From Eutreptiella sp. 'Long Island Sound 2002' (Eukaryota > Protista > Euglenida), in NCBI GenBank assembly GCA_964036045.1, contig OZ038378.1:165540001-165604000 (forward strand): 64,000 bases of DNA, given 5' to 3'. Numbering within the stretch: position 1 is the first letter of the stretch; each line of letters starts with the position of its first letter. Shown in pieces: positions 48,112-59,700 of the stretch. The notes below the pieces were generated by a model that was not told where the DNA came from, searched no databases, and was given only the letters and a program-made list of their open reading frames with translations. The position numbers were made by a program, and so were the translations under genes.

Positions 48112-48170
48112 TAGCTTAGCTGGGCACACACTAGGGAACCAAGGCCTTCTTCCTGGGTTCAAACCCTGGT
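48112..48170 (+). mobile_element. tRNA-derived SINE-like head
   Basis: TAGCTTAGCTGG (A-box) ... GGTTCAAACCC (B-box). Confidence 0.45.
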
Positions 48171-50772
48171 CCTGAGTTGAAACCCTGCATAACCTGGCGA
48201 GCTAGGATAAGCCACATGTGACCAGCCGGTGTCCACTGCCAGTCGCCACTGTTGAGTTCATTGCTCAAACTTTATGGGATTGTATTTCATGTACGAATGT
48301 ATCATCCCACAACATCTCGGCTGAACCCGAGGCACCATCGTTGACCTATGAATTGGGCCCGGCTTGCTTGCTACTTGTTTGCAAGGGGTAGCTCCGCCCT
48401 GGACCCTAAAAAGGATTCAAAAACTTATCGGTTCCACCAGCTCAGTAACCCGATTCCTCGAACACCAACCCTCGGGTCATGGGTCAGTGGCAGGCTTGTA
48501 GACGAAGCAATGCAGAACACAGAGAAAGCCCTGCCATGCAAATGACACACAGCAAAAACATGCATCAGGCAGCATTTTGCTCAGGAAATACCACATGAGA
48601 CCTATATGTTCAGCTACCCCCTGATCACTAGGACTGAGGCTGAAATGTGACATCCAGTTCAAACATGTTTTTCTGTCATAGTTGAACCCTATATCAAATC
48701 GTCGGCATTTTGAGCATACACAAATTGGGTGAAACTGAAAACTTAGGCCCTGTCGTTGGCATGGAAAACATTTTGGACCTGTTGGCGCCATGACCCTCAG
48801 ACCACGAAGTATCAACACCGGGGGTTCCGCATACAAGGCCCGGCCCTGCCACACACACAAACCCACCCACCCAAGTTGTGCAATCGCAGTAGCCTCCCTC
48901 CCTCCCTGCTCCTCCGACCACATTGCGACTTCTTCAAAGTGGGTGTTCAGTAGGTAAGTCAGAGGTCGTCCACCCCATGGGCAGGCTGCACCCCATGGAA
49001 GGGAGTATTCTAGCACCACGAACCCACGAGGCAACACTGCGTCCCCACAAGTGGCACCCTCTTGAGGCCGCGGACCCTTGTTCCATGGCCAGCAGCAACA
49101 CGCTGCGTACCATGGGAAAGCCTGCATTTGGGGAGAGAAAATCCAGTGATTTCGGCACAATGGTTGGGGCCTGGGGACTGGCAACAATGAGGGTAGGCGT
49201 GTAGGGCCTGCTGTCCTGCACTGCACGGGGGCACCCTTCGGCGAGCCCGCATGCAAGTAACACAAAGGGACAGTTGGATGACACAGTTCTTCGCTTTACA
49301 AAAGATGTTAATGATGAATCGTCCTTTTACATGCTGAGGATTCTAGCTGATTCGGGCGATTCACGTCCCCGAAACAGCGTGGGCGGGGGGGGGGGGGGCT
49401 TGCTATTTCGTGTCTGCCCCAGGTAAACCCTCCGCTGCAATGTTGCTTCCTACAACAGCTTTCAGCTAGTCATCCTGTGGAATTCCACACCCCAGCCTCC
49501 TGTGCGTTTCCATTCCATCCTCAACGCCTTGGCAAGACAGCACAGCACCATTGGCAATACAAAAGTAACCAGGGCATGCCGCGCCGCCTACAACCATAAA
49601 CACAGCAGTTGCCCTTCAAGAGACAAGCAATGATCCTTCATCGGATTCGGGCATTTTGGTTTCCTGACTTCCTGTTCAAAATTCCTACATGACATGCCGC
49701 TGCATGATGCCCAACATCCCTGCACCGCACGCGCACCACGACCCGCAACTATACCTCACACACCTGCACCAGCGCGCCACATCCACACAATGCGCCTCTA
49801 GCATGGCCCTATAGCCGTGCAATACACCTGCACCACGAGCCTGAAACCACACCATGCACACGTGTGCATCAGTGCACGACAACAATACCACGCATCTCCT
49901 GCACAGCCCTAAAATCATACAACACACCTGGAGCATGCACAGCCACTGCCGCGCCACAATTACAGTGTTGTGCTGTGTGCTTCGGACGATAAAAGAAGAT
50001 GGGCACAGGAACCAGAAGCAGAAGATAGTGATTCCGCAGAGTAGCAGACTTGTGTAGACCTGAGGCACAAGGCAGCAGTTGCATGCATCTTCACGTGGCC
50101 CAGTGCCCAGCAGCACTCCTCGCAAGGAGGCCAAAGTCCCCACAAGATACTGCCACCAGCGGAGAACAGGAAGACACACAGAGAAGTGTAGGACCGAAGA
50201 GGACTCCACAATCACGTCTGGCGACATAATGTGATATAGCAGCAGGGAGAGCCATGGCGGCGCGCGCGCCATTCATCCAGGATCGACATGCCCAACCCGG
50301 TCCTGTTTGGTCTGATCATTCTAGTGGTTGGCAGTAGAAAAGAGTGGGCAGTTGGGCCACCGCCCTTCTGCTTGCCTTCAATTTGACTTTGGTGACGACG
50401 CACATGCAACCTCTGGCCTGAAGTGACGATACAGCGCTTGCTTCTCAAGAAAGGTGCCCCAAATCACTGCAAGGGCCCAATGTAACAAAGGGGCCCACAA
50501 CTGTTGCTTTTTTTGCCCAGAAGAACGAATCAAAGGCCGAGGGGCGGCGGCTCATGACGGCCAAAATGGTTCAGGACCCATGCCGCATCCCCCGTCACAG
50601 TGCGCGCCACATTCAGGGACTCCGGCCCACCGGAGCTGTGGCTCGTGGCTCACTGGAGGCACTTGTGACCCAGTCCCCAAATGAAAGCCCAGGACTGGCC
50701 CTCACGCACGGAGACGGAATTGTCCCATGACCTTTGGTACATCAAAATTGGGGTGGAATGGTCAGCGCTTAC

Positions 50773-53700
50773 CCTGGCAGACATCTTCGCCGCGTAGCAG
50801 CTTCTGCGTCACCCTCTGTGTCCCGTTCCTGATTCTAGCCTCAGGGGTGGGGCCAGCCCAGAAGACGACGCTGTGCGTGTCTTGTGCCCACTGCCACTGT
50901 AGCTACTGATGTTGGCGTCACTAATGCCAGCGTCACTGCCGCTTGTGCCCCTGCGCCCACTGCCAGTGCTCCGTAGGTATGGGCCGATAGTGATGGGGCG
51001 ACGCAGCAGCGGTCAACACCACCGCTGCTGCTGCGTGTGCTGGTGCCAATACGGCTGATGCTTTCGGAATGGCGGCCGCACTGCCTTTTAAATGCGGCAG
51101 CACTGCCTTCGGGCTGTGACAGCACTGGCCTCAGACTGGGGCAGCAATGGCTCTGGAATGTGGCAGCCCCACCGTCCGAATGTGGCAGCACTGCCTCCGG
51201 ACTGCTGTCCGACGGGGACAGCACTGCCTTTGCAACATGGAAGCACTGTCTTCAGAACGCGGCAGTGCTGCCAACTGCCTCCACTTCACCTATAAGCACC
51301 TACGTCCGTTGCAGCCGACCAGGCGGTTGACCGTCGGCCGCCGAGCCGGGCTCCTGAACTTCAGTCAACCTAAACTGAAAACTGAAACTGGAGGAAAAAT
51401 GAAAAAGGGAAATCGTGTCCCTTGCCTTACTACTGCTCCGGTCTGTACAGTCTCAATCTTCAGCAAAGCACCGATCGGGGGTGGCAGGGGCCACGCACCT
51501 GCTCTCCAATCATGTCCCCGTTCAACAAGTCTGCGATGCGGATCAGCAGCAGCCAATACAGCGGCGACAGGAAGAAGGCGTAGGCAACGTTGCGCTCCGG
51601 CTGCTCGGCGACCACAATGCCCGACGTCGTGGCCATGTACTGCTCCAAGTTCTTGAGGTCCTCAAAGGTGGCCAGCTCGATGCTGTCTTCGTACAGGAAG
51701 TCCGCAAAGCACAGGCCATCCCGCGCAAAGAACAAGGGCCCCAGCATCAGCACCAGCCAACAGTCGATGGCTTTGCTGGCCCTGTGAACATGGGGACAAC
51801 ACGGGGACTTCGTCGCAAAGCAGTGTTGTGTGCGGACAGAAAGTACACCGCCTCAAGGGCACGGGGGATGCTGACGACCCGCAGACCCACGATGGCGGAA
51901 GGGGCGGGGAATGTCGCAGTGCCTGTGCGCACACGCCCGGGCGGTGGCACCGGCGGGGGGTCGTTGGGGCCAGTAGCATGTGTTCGGTGCGACGGGCCCC
52001 GGCGGCGGGACTGAGGTGGGACAACAATGCGGGGGCGGGTACTGCACAGCCGCAGAACGCCCCAAATGTACCTCCGAGAGGCGCAAGGCGAAACCACGGC
52101 CCCCAGGCGCTCGGCGCTCCGCAATCGAGCCAGAACGGCTAAACCACCACTCGATTCAAGATTCATGGCTCCCTGTGGCCCGACGAGCGCTGGGGGCACG
52201 CCCTATAGCCCTCGGGGACGGGCCGGCTGGACATGGATGCAGCCGCAGCTGCCGTGGCACACCCCCTCCGGCGAGGGGCGTGCGGGGCATGGCTTTGTAA
52301 GCCCCCCCCCCGCATTTGGGAATCAGTGCAACGAGGGGATTCAGAACGCTCATCAAGTGCCTGGCATTCGATGACAAGCTTTGCAACCGCTGCGAGCCCC
52401 CAGCAGTCATTCACAAAGCCCGGGTTCGGTTCCCGAACACTGTGGACAAGAATCCCCAATTTCAGAACTGGAAAGGGGAACCCACAGGAGAAGGGATGCG
52501 ACGGAATTTGGTCCCCTCGAGAGGAACCCCCTGTCGGGGCTTCCAATGGGGATTTCTGTCCCAGCTCGGCACCGGGTTGGTTCCCTCGATATCGGGGACG
52601 GTACAGCAGGCAACCGGACAGGGGGTTCCGCCCGACAGTCATCTGCAAAACCCGAGTTCGATTCCTGGATGTTTGGACGTTCGGAACATGTTCCGGGGGC
52701 CTTACTGCCCGGCGCAGCCGACCTGTGAAGGCACACAGGAACCACCTTGGGTGGAAAGGCTCCCATTTTGCGGCAGAAAACAGGGCTCAGTAGCGCAACG
52801 GAGTCTTGTTGTCTCACTCGCGAACCTCACGGTGATCAGTCACTATGAAACCCACCCAGACATTGGGGATTCTGTCCCCAGCATCCGGAATCGACCGGGT
52901 TTGGTATCCGGAATCGACCCCAGGTTTGGGAAATCGCCATTGGCTATCGGGCAGTACAACATCCCCAGTTCTCAACTTTGGAAATTCTGTCTCAGGGACA
53001 AAATTCCCCAATCGGAAATCTTCCGGGGGTTTGGGGGGGGGGGGGCGGCAACACAGCCCCAGCCGTGCACTAGAACAAGCGATCTCCGATGACCAGGTCC
53101 AGAACTGCAAGCAACACCCGCCGCCGCGCAAAGACATCAGACCTTGGCAGCCGGTCCCCAGGCTCCTTGGCAATGCGGTACATGCGGTGCACTCCCAAAA
53201 ACCCGAAGAGGATGAAGATGATGAGGTATGTGGCTGCGTCGTCATCACTGAAGAGCTGCGGCACCGGCGGCGGCAGGTCAGGCACAGAGAACGTGCCGTA
53301 CAAAGTCGGCGGGTCCGCAAGCAGGCGATTCCGGGTCTCTCTGTGAGCAGGACATGCAGCCATGAGGCGCAACGGACTCTGACCGCACCCTGAACAGTCA
53401 CACCAAGGGTAAGGAAGCAGAGCAGTCCAAGCAAAAATGCTTGAAGAGAGCATCAGGCGACAAGTAAGCGTTGTCGGTTATACCGGTTGCCTCAATGCCT
53501 GCAGGTTCCGACCCCTGCACTAGTGGTCCCAGGAACGAATCCCAGTGAGGGAAATACCATCCGTGGGGAAGCACTCTGATCACATGCGGCTCTGATCTGC
53601 AGAGCTTTGCTTTCTCTCTGCCTTCGCCAACTGATCAGGGCCAACCGTGGGCGTTGGAGTGCCGGCTGCCGTGTATTGATGGCCAATTGCCTTCAGTGAC

Positions 53701-56700
53701 TGGCCGGCCCTTGCTCTCTAGCGGCTGGTCGAGCATTTTGCAGGTGCGGCGTAGTGGCTGGTCTCAATTCATCAGCAGTATCCACATCTCCTTCCCAGGC
53801 TTGTACTAGAGGAATGGGATCCCTTGCCTTCTTGTGATTTTCCTCATAGAACAGACTAAGGTTGTAGGTGGAAGGATTGTGGAGAACCAACGACGGTTGG
53901 CTCTTAATCGACGGCAGTTGATGGTCAGCCGCCTGTTGACGGGTATACATCGGTATAGTTGGTGGCGGTTGGCGGCGGTTGGTGGTTGGTGATTGGTGAT
54001 TGGTGGCGGTTGGCAGTGGTTGGCGGTTGGCGGTTGGTCGCCGCTGGCGGTTGGCAGCGGTTGGCGGTTGGCGGTTGGTGGCGGTTGGTGGCGGTTGGTG
54101 GTTGGTGGCGGTTGATGGTTGACGGTTGGTGTTCCCTGGGGGCGGTCCCTAAGGGCAGTCCTTAGCAAAAAAAAAAATCTAGTTCCTAAAGGACCCCCCT
54201 GGTATACATTGAGGCAGGGCCAGACCCCCAACTGATGCCAACGCCGTGGTTCGAATCCCCGGTCAATGACTGGTGAACTTCGGCTTCAATCCTGTGCTGC
54301 AGCAGTGAGAAGTAGCGGCAGGACGTTCTGTAATGGTGTTGAGCTTAGCATTTCAGCACGGGCTAGACCATTGCGGTATCTGAGATTCGTTCCTTGCAGG
54401 CCAGCCGACGGGCAGTTGTTGGCCGGCACTCATTGGTCATAGGACGATGATTTGCCAGACGGCGGCGCTTCACTTCTCAGGACTTCAACCACTTTGGGTA
54501 CAGAGGGTCCGAGGGTCCATTCTGCCAAGGGTCCGGAAAGCCTCCCTTGGGCTGATGCGTGCACGCCCTGTTGGGTAATTCCCACTACTGTCGAAATAGG
54601 GATTTTACGACGCGTCGGGCCCCGACACCTCCCGACGCGTCGTACATCCCCGACGCGTCGGGCCCCGACGCCTTGTACGACACTGTACGACGCGTCGTAC
54701 AGTGTCTTAAGCAACACTCTGCCCCCCCCCCTCTCTTAAGCAACACTCTGCCCCCCCCCCCCCCCCCCCCCCTCTCTTAAGCAACACTCTGCCCCCCCCC
54801 CTTCTATTAAGCAACACTCTGCACAGGGGGAGGGCGGTCTGGGGTCTGTAGACACTGTGCACCACAGGTAGACGCGGCCTGCTAATTGTAGACACTGTCG
54901 GCATGTTGTAGACGCGAAGTGCCAATATTTGGGAAGGGGGCCGAAGGCCCCCTTCCCCCAAGACGGTCCGCTGCCATCGTTTACCCGCCTAGAGGGGGAG
55001 GGCGGTCGTACTATGTCGTACTGTGTCGTACGGTGTTGGTGCTGTACGACACCTTGTACGACACTGTACGACGCGTCGTACATCCCCGACGCGTCGGGCC
55101 CCGACGCCTTGTACGACACTGTACGACGCGTCGTACGCTCCCGACGCGTCGGGCCCCGACGCCTTGTACGACGCCCCGACGCGTCGTACAATGCATTTCC
55201 GACAGCACTCGTAATTCCATGGCATTCACGCCCAAGACTGACGCTCACAAAAAGGCCCTTGATAGCAACGTGGGCACCACGAGGACAGCGGGCAAACAGT
55301 CAGCCCTTCAATCCCATCATTGTGCAAAGATGTTCTCCACATCGGCATGACACTGTTGTTGTATTCCTGCACAGGAATGACATTTGAAAGACAAAGCATG
55401 CGCGGAAGGAGAGGACACGAAGCGTCAGGTCCTACCAGGCCTACCGGTCGCAAAAAAAAAAGCCATGCCCTCAAACATTCTCTCATAGCACCCCATGGGA
55501 CACCAAGCAAGACAACAGAGTCGAGTAAATTATCGAAACAAAAAACAGAGCACGGTGTACGTTGAGGGCGATCGGTGCCCACCACACAATGGTATCCCAC
55601 AAGCGTACCGGGGTGGTTGGGTCCCCCCAGTGTCCTGAGAGCAGAAGCCTTGCGTGAGCGGCTTCCTGGGCATGGTGAAGCCTTCCCACGGTGAAGCCTT
55701 CCCACGGTGAAGCCTTCCCCCAAAGCAGCTCGCCAGAGCAAAGCGGGGACAGGGAGGTGTTCCAGACACTTGCCTCCATGGCATCGAATCCCCTGCCGCT
55801 CGCGCTGGCAGAGGCTTCACGTGCAGTGATTGCCAGACTGCGAAGTCGGGGCAGGGCACTCCCTCATTCAAAAAAAGGAAAAGAAACTGCGTGACCGCAC
55901 ACTCAAGTCACACTCAGGGGGTGACGGACGGCGGTTGGGCAGCGGCCGACGGCGGTTGGAGGGGGACTGAAGGCGGTCAGAAAGGAGCGCCCTCAAAAAA
56001 CGGGGATCCCAAAAAGGGGGCGGAGCTTCACCGAACTTTCCTACAAAAGCAAACCCACCGGCTCCCTCCCTCGGGATGCACACTTCTTCAGGCACGGGAG
56101 CAGCATGGCGATGAGCAGCGCCCCGAAGCACAGCTGCAGCGACAGGCACAGCAGACTGACCCGCAGCCAGTCCACCCGGAAATGCACGCCGCCCTGGAAG
56201 TGGATGGCCGCCGGGCACTGGCCCGTGCACAGGCGCCCCAGATGCCCCACGCATGTCAGCACGTGGGGCACGATCACCAGCCGGTGGGACAGGGTCTGCC
56301 ACCGCCAGCGCAGCGGGACGGCGCAGGGGCCAACGCACAGGGGCTTGTTGTCGGGCCCGAACAGGAAATTGGTGATGGTGACGGCGACGGTCTGCACACC
56401 GGAGTAGGTCACGTTGTACATGGCGGTGTGCGGCACATCGCAGTGGACGGAGAAATTGTGGCCGAGACCCCGGTGGCGGCACACGCGGCGCTGAGAGGAG
56501 GGGGGCGGACAGCAGCGGCCTTTTCCCGGAGAGTCTGAGGGGATGTTTGCCTGGCGTGCCCGGCATCCAAATCAATGCCCCGGCCATCCATCCCAATGCG
56601 TTACCCCCGTCATACCGAGCTTGGGGGGGGGCTTTTCAAAATTGCAAAAGCACAGGTCACTCATGCATGATGGGAAGATATCCACCTCTCTTGGAATCAT

Positions 56701-59700
56701 TGCTTGCTCTCTTGGGCACCAAAATAAGTGCCCAAATCCCATTGTGCTAGGCAATAGGCTATCAAAAAATCCCATACAGACACATGCCCAAAAACCAGTT
56801 GGAGGCCGGACGCTGACTGTTGAAACTTTGCCAGGCGCGCCCGGCGCACTAACGTTCCCCCTTTGACCGTCACACGAGGGGCCGTCACGCATCAACCGCA
56901 AGATCGGGCGTCCAGACTTTCCTGGAGTCGTGGTAAAAAAAAAATCAGAAACAGAAACGTGGTCTCACATGGAAACTCCTGAAGCCCCGCGGCCCCGCCC
57001 GGTCATGCAGCGCAGCAGTCACGAACACAGCCCGGCAGCCTCCCCAGACGTCGTGGGCTCGGTCCCCCGGCTTTGGCATCGGTGGCGGGAAACACGCGTC
57101 GTCGTGCGATAGCCCGTCGGCGGTCCTCGGACACGGGACTCGTGCCCCCTGCACACCCCGACCCCCGTGCCCCGCGCGGGCGTGCCTGGACTCCGCCCAA
57201 GGTCTGCCCGGATACCGGGAACAGGCCCGGCGTGATTGGGAGGGAGAACGGAGGGTGGGAGTCTCAGTGCCGTAGCCAGGCCCCTCGAATCTCGAAGCTG
57301 AGGTTTGGGGGCTGGAGGCCATCACACCCCCCCGGGCCATGACAGGGGCCGCCGGGGGGGGGGGGGGGATCATCCGCAAACGGCGCGAGAGGCAGCCGAT
57401 GTGTCCACTCGGTACAGCCGTCGGCCCCGATGAGAACTCAGGTCAGACCCGCCCCGGACGACGGACCTCAGCACAGCCGTCCGCCAGGAGCTGCAGGCAC
57501 CGGCCCAATCGGAGGCACGGACCTGTGGCACATTGCGTTTGCATCCGGCACCCACTCGAGTGCCCTCACCCGAGGGCGGGGGAGGGGGAGGGGGAAGGGG
57601 GGGAGGCAGAGTTCTGCTCAAGGGGGGGGGGGGTTCTGGAAGCCAAAAGTCCAAAAGTTTGTGTACCAAAAATAGCCCAAATCAACGTTTCCTTTTGTAA
57701 AGGTCATTTTTTCGCACAATGAAATCCGGGTCCGAGGGGGGGTTAGACCCTCCCCCCGAGGGATGTATTAGAAGGGGGGGAGGGGGGGAGACGCGGGGGA
57801 GTTCGGGGGGGACCCCCCTCCTTCCAGGGTCCCCCTATGGTCCCCGCCGAAAGCGGGCCAAAATGTTTTAAGCTTAAATCCTCTTGGCACCGAAACAAAA
57901 TGTTGGCTTTCAGCCTCAAACATTGGAAGGGGAGGAGGGGGGCGGGGTCCGAGCAGGGGTTACCCCCCCCCCCTCCTCCTGCGGTGTACGGCCGTTCTAA
58001 TACATCACTGCCCCCCACGCTCCCCGCAGGAAATGCTGAGTTGTTAAGCAAAATGCTTGGGGGGAGTGGGACATGCCACATCCAGCACAGCCCCAACACA
58101 CCAACCACTGGGCTCCGCGAACGCGGAAACGACACCAGCAAGAGCACCGGCCGCAGCGGCCGACAGAAGCAGCAACCCGACGCAACATGCGAAGGGAAGA
58201 ACGGGTGACTGTCCAGGGCCCCGTAAAGGAGCAACGACCGGACGGCATGTCACACAGGGGGGCGAGGGTCGGCGGAGCTCCACCTCCCCCGCATTCACAA
58301 CACAGTACGTCATTCAGTAGTGTCACCGCGCAAAGGGGGGGCGGGGTCCCCGACGGTGCCCCGAGGGCTCTGCTCTGCCCCCACTCGTGCCCACACGACA
58401 ACGCGCCCCACCAGCAGCGCACGCGGCGCGCCTACCTCCCCGACGCTCGTCACCGCGACGGAGCCGTTGCTGCTCGCGGCGCCTGTGAAATGCAGCACCG
58501 CCCGGCGGTTCAGGTAGAACGACTCGCGCGCCGCCGCGGCCCCGCATTTGTTGGACGCGACCCGCCGCCGGTACGTCGCGGCCGTGGGCCGCGTCGCCTT
58601 CAGGTCGTCCAGGTCGAAGACCAGCATCTCCTTCAGAATCAGCGCGGGGTCGATGGGGCGCGGCGTGGGGGGCCACACGGGGGGCAGCTTGTTGCTGGTG
58701 CGGCTCTCGGCCCAGGCCAAGGGGTACGGCGACAGCGGCACGGCCCGCGAGAACGTGACGATGTCCCAATGGTCCATCAACTGCGGAACGGAAGGCAAAA
58801 CCGAGCGGTGAAGCCTCGGGGATGGGGGGGCTGAGGCGTGGGAGTGTGCGGGACGGAGGGGGGGGGGGCTGAGGCGTGGAAGTGTGCGGGACGGAGGGGG
58901 GGGGGGGGGCTGAGGCGTGGGAGTGTGCGGGACGGAGGGGGGGGGCTGAGGCGTGGGAGTGTGCGGGACGGGGGGGGGGGAGCTGAGGCGTGGGAGTGTG
59001 CGGGACGGAGGGGGGGGGGGTGAGGCGTGGGAGTGTGCGGGACGGGGGGGGGGGTGAGGCGTGGGACTGTGCGGGACGGAGGGGGGGGGCTGAGGCGTGG
59101 GAGTGTGCGGGACGGAGGGGGGGGGTGAGGCGTGGGAGTGTGTGGGACGGGGGGGGGGGTGAGGCGTGGGAGTGCTTCAGGTGCCGGGGCGCCGCAACGG
59201 AGGCGGTCCCGGACGGCGGTGCTGAACGAAAAGCTGCAGTGCCCTCCGGGCGCCCCATGCGGACCGCGTCCCCCCGGCGGGACCGCGGAGCGCGGAGAGC
59301 AGAAGCGAAGGATGCGGAGGAGCTACGGACATCTCCGCGGGGGCCTGGGCTGCAGCTCCCCCAAATGTGGGACCCCCCCCCCACGACCGCATCTCCAACG
59401 GCATTGAGCAGGGGGTAGCCCCAGAGTTTTGCTTGGGGGGTTGGGGGTGGGGGGGCGGGGAGGGGTCTGGAAGCCAAAAGCCCAAAAGTTGATGCACCAA
59501 AAATAGCCCAAATCAATATTGCCTTTTGTAAAGTTCATTTTTTCCCGCGATGAAATCCGGGTCAGACCGGGGGGGGGGGGGGTGTTAGACCCCCCCACCC
59601 ACCCGCAGGAGACGCTGAGTTGTTGAGCAAAACTCTGGGTCGCCCCCAGGCCTGGCATTGGGTGCGGCGCACTGGGTGAAGGGTGACCGGGGGCCCGGCT

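Noticed and set aside
47677-48114. GGRE/PPSL-repeat ORFs
   Set aside because: Produced by the (GGGA)n tract; only the part below 47647 looks coding.
58828-59173. CRISPR-like array (also considered for 24425-24620, 40662-40790 and 54607-55190)
   Set aside because: No unique spacers, no cas genes, eukaryotic context; these are tandem repeats.
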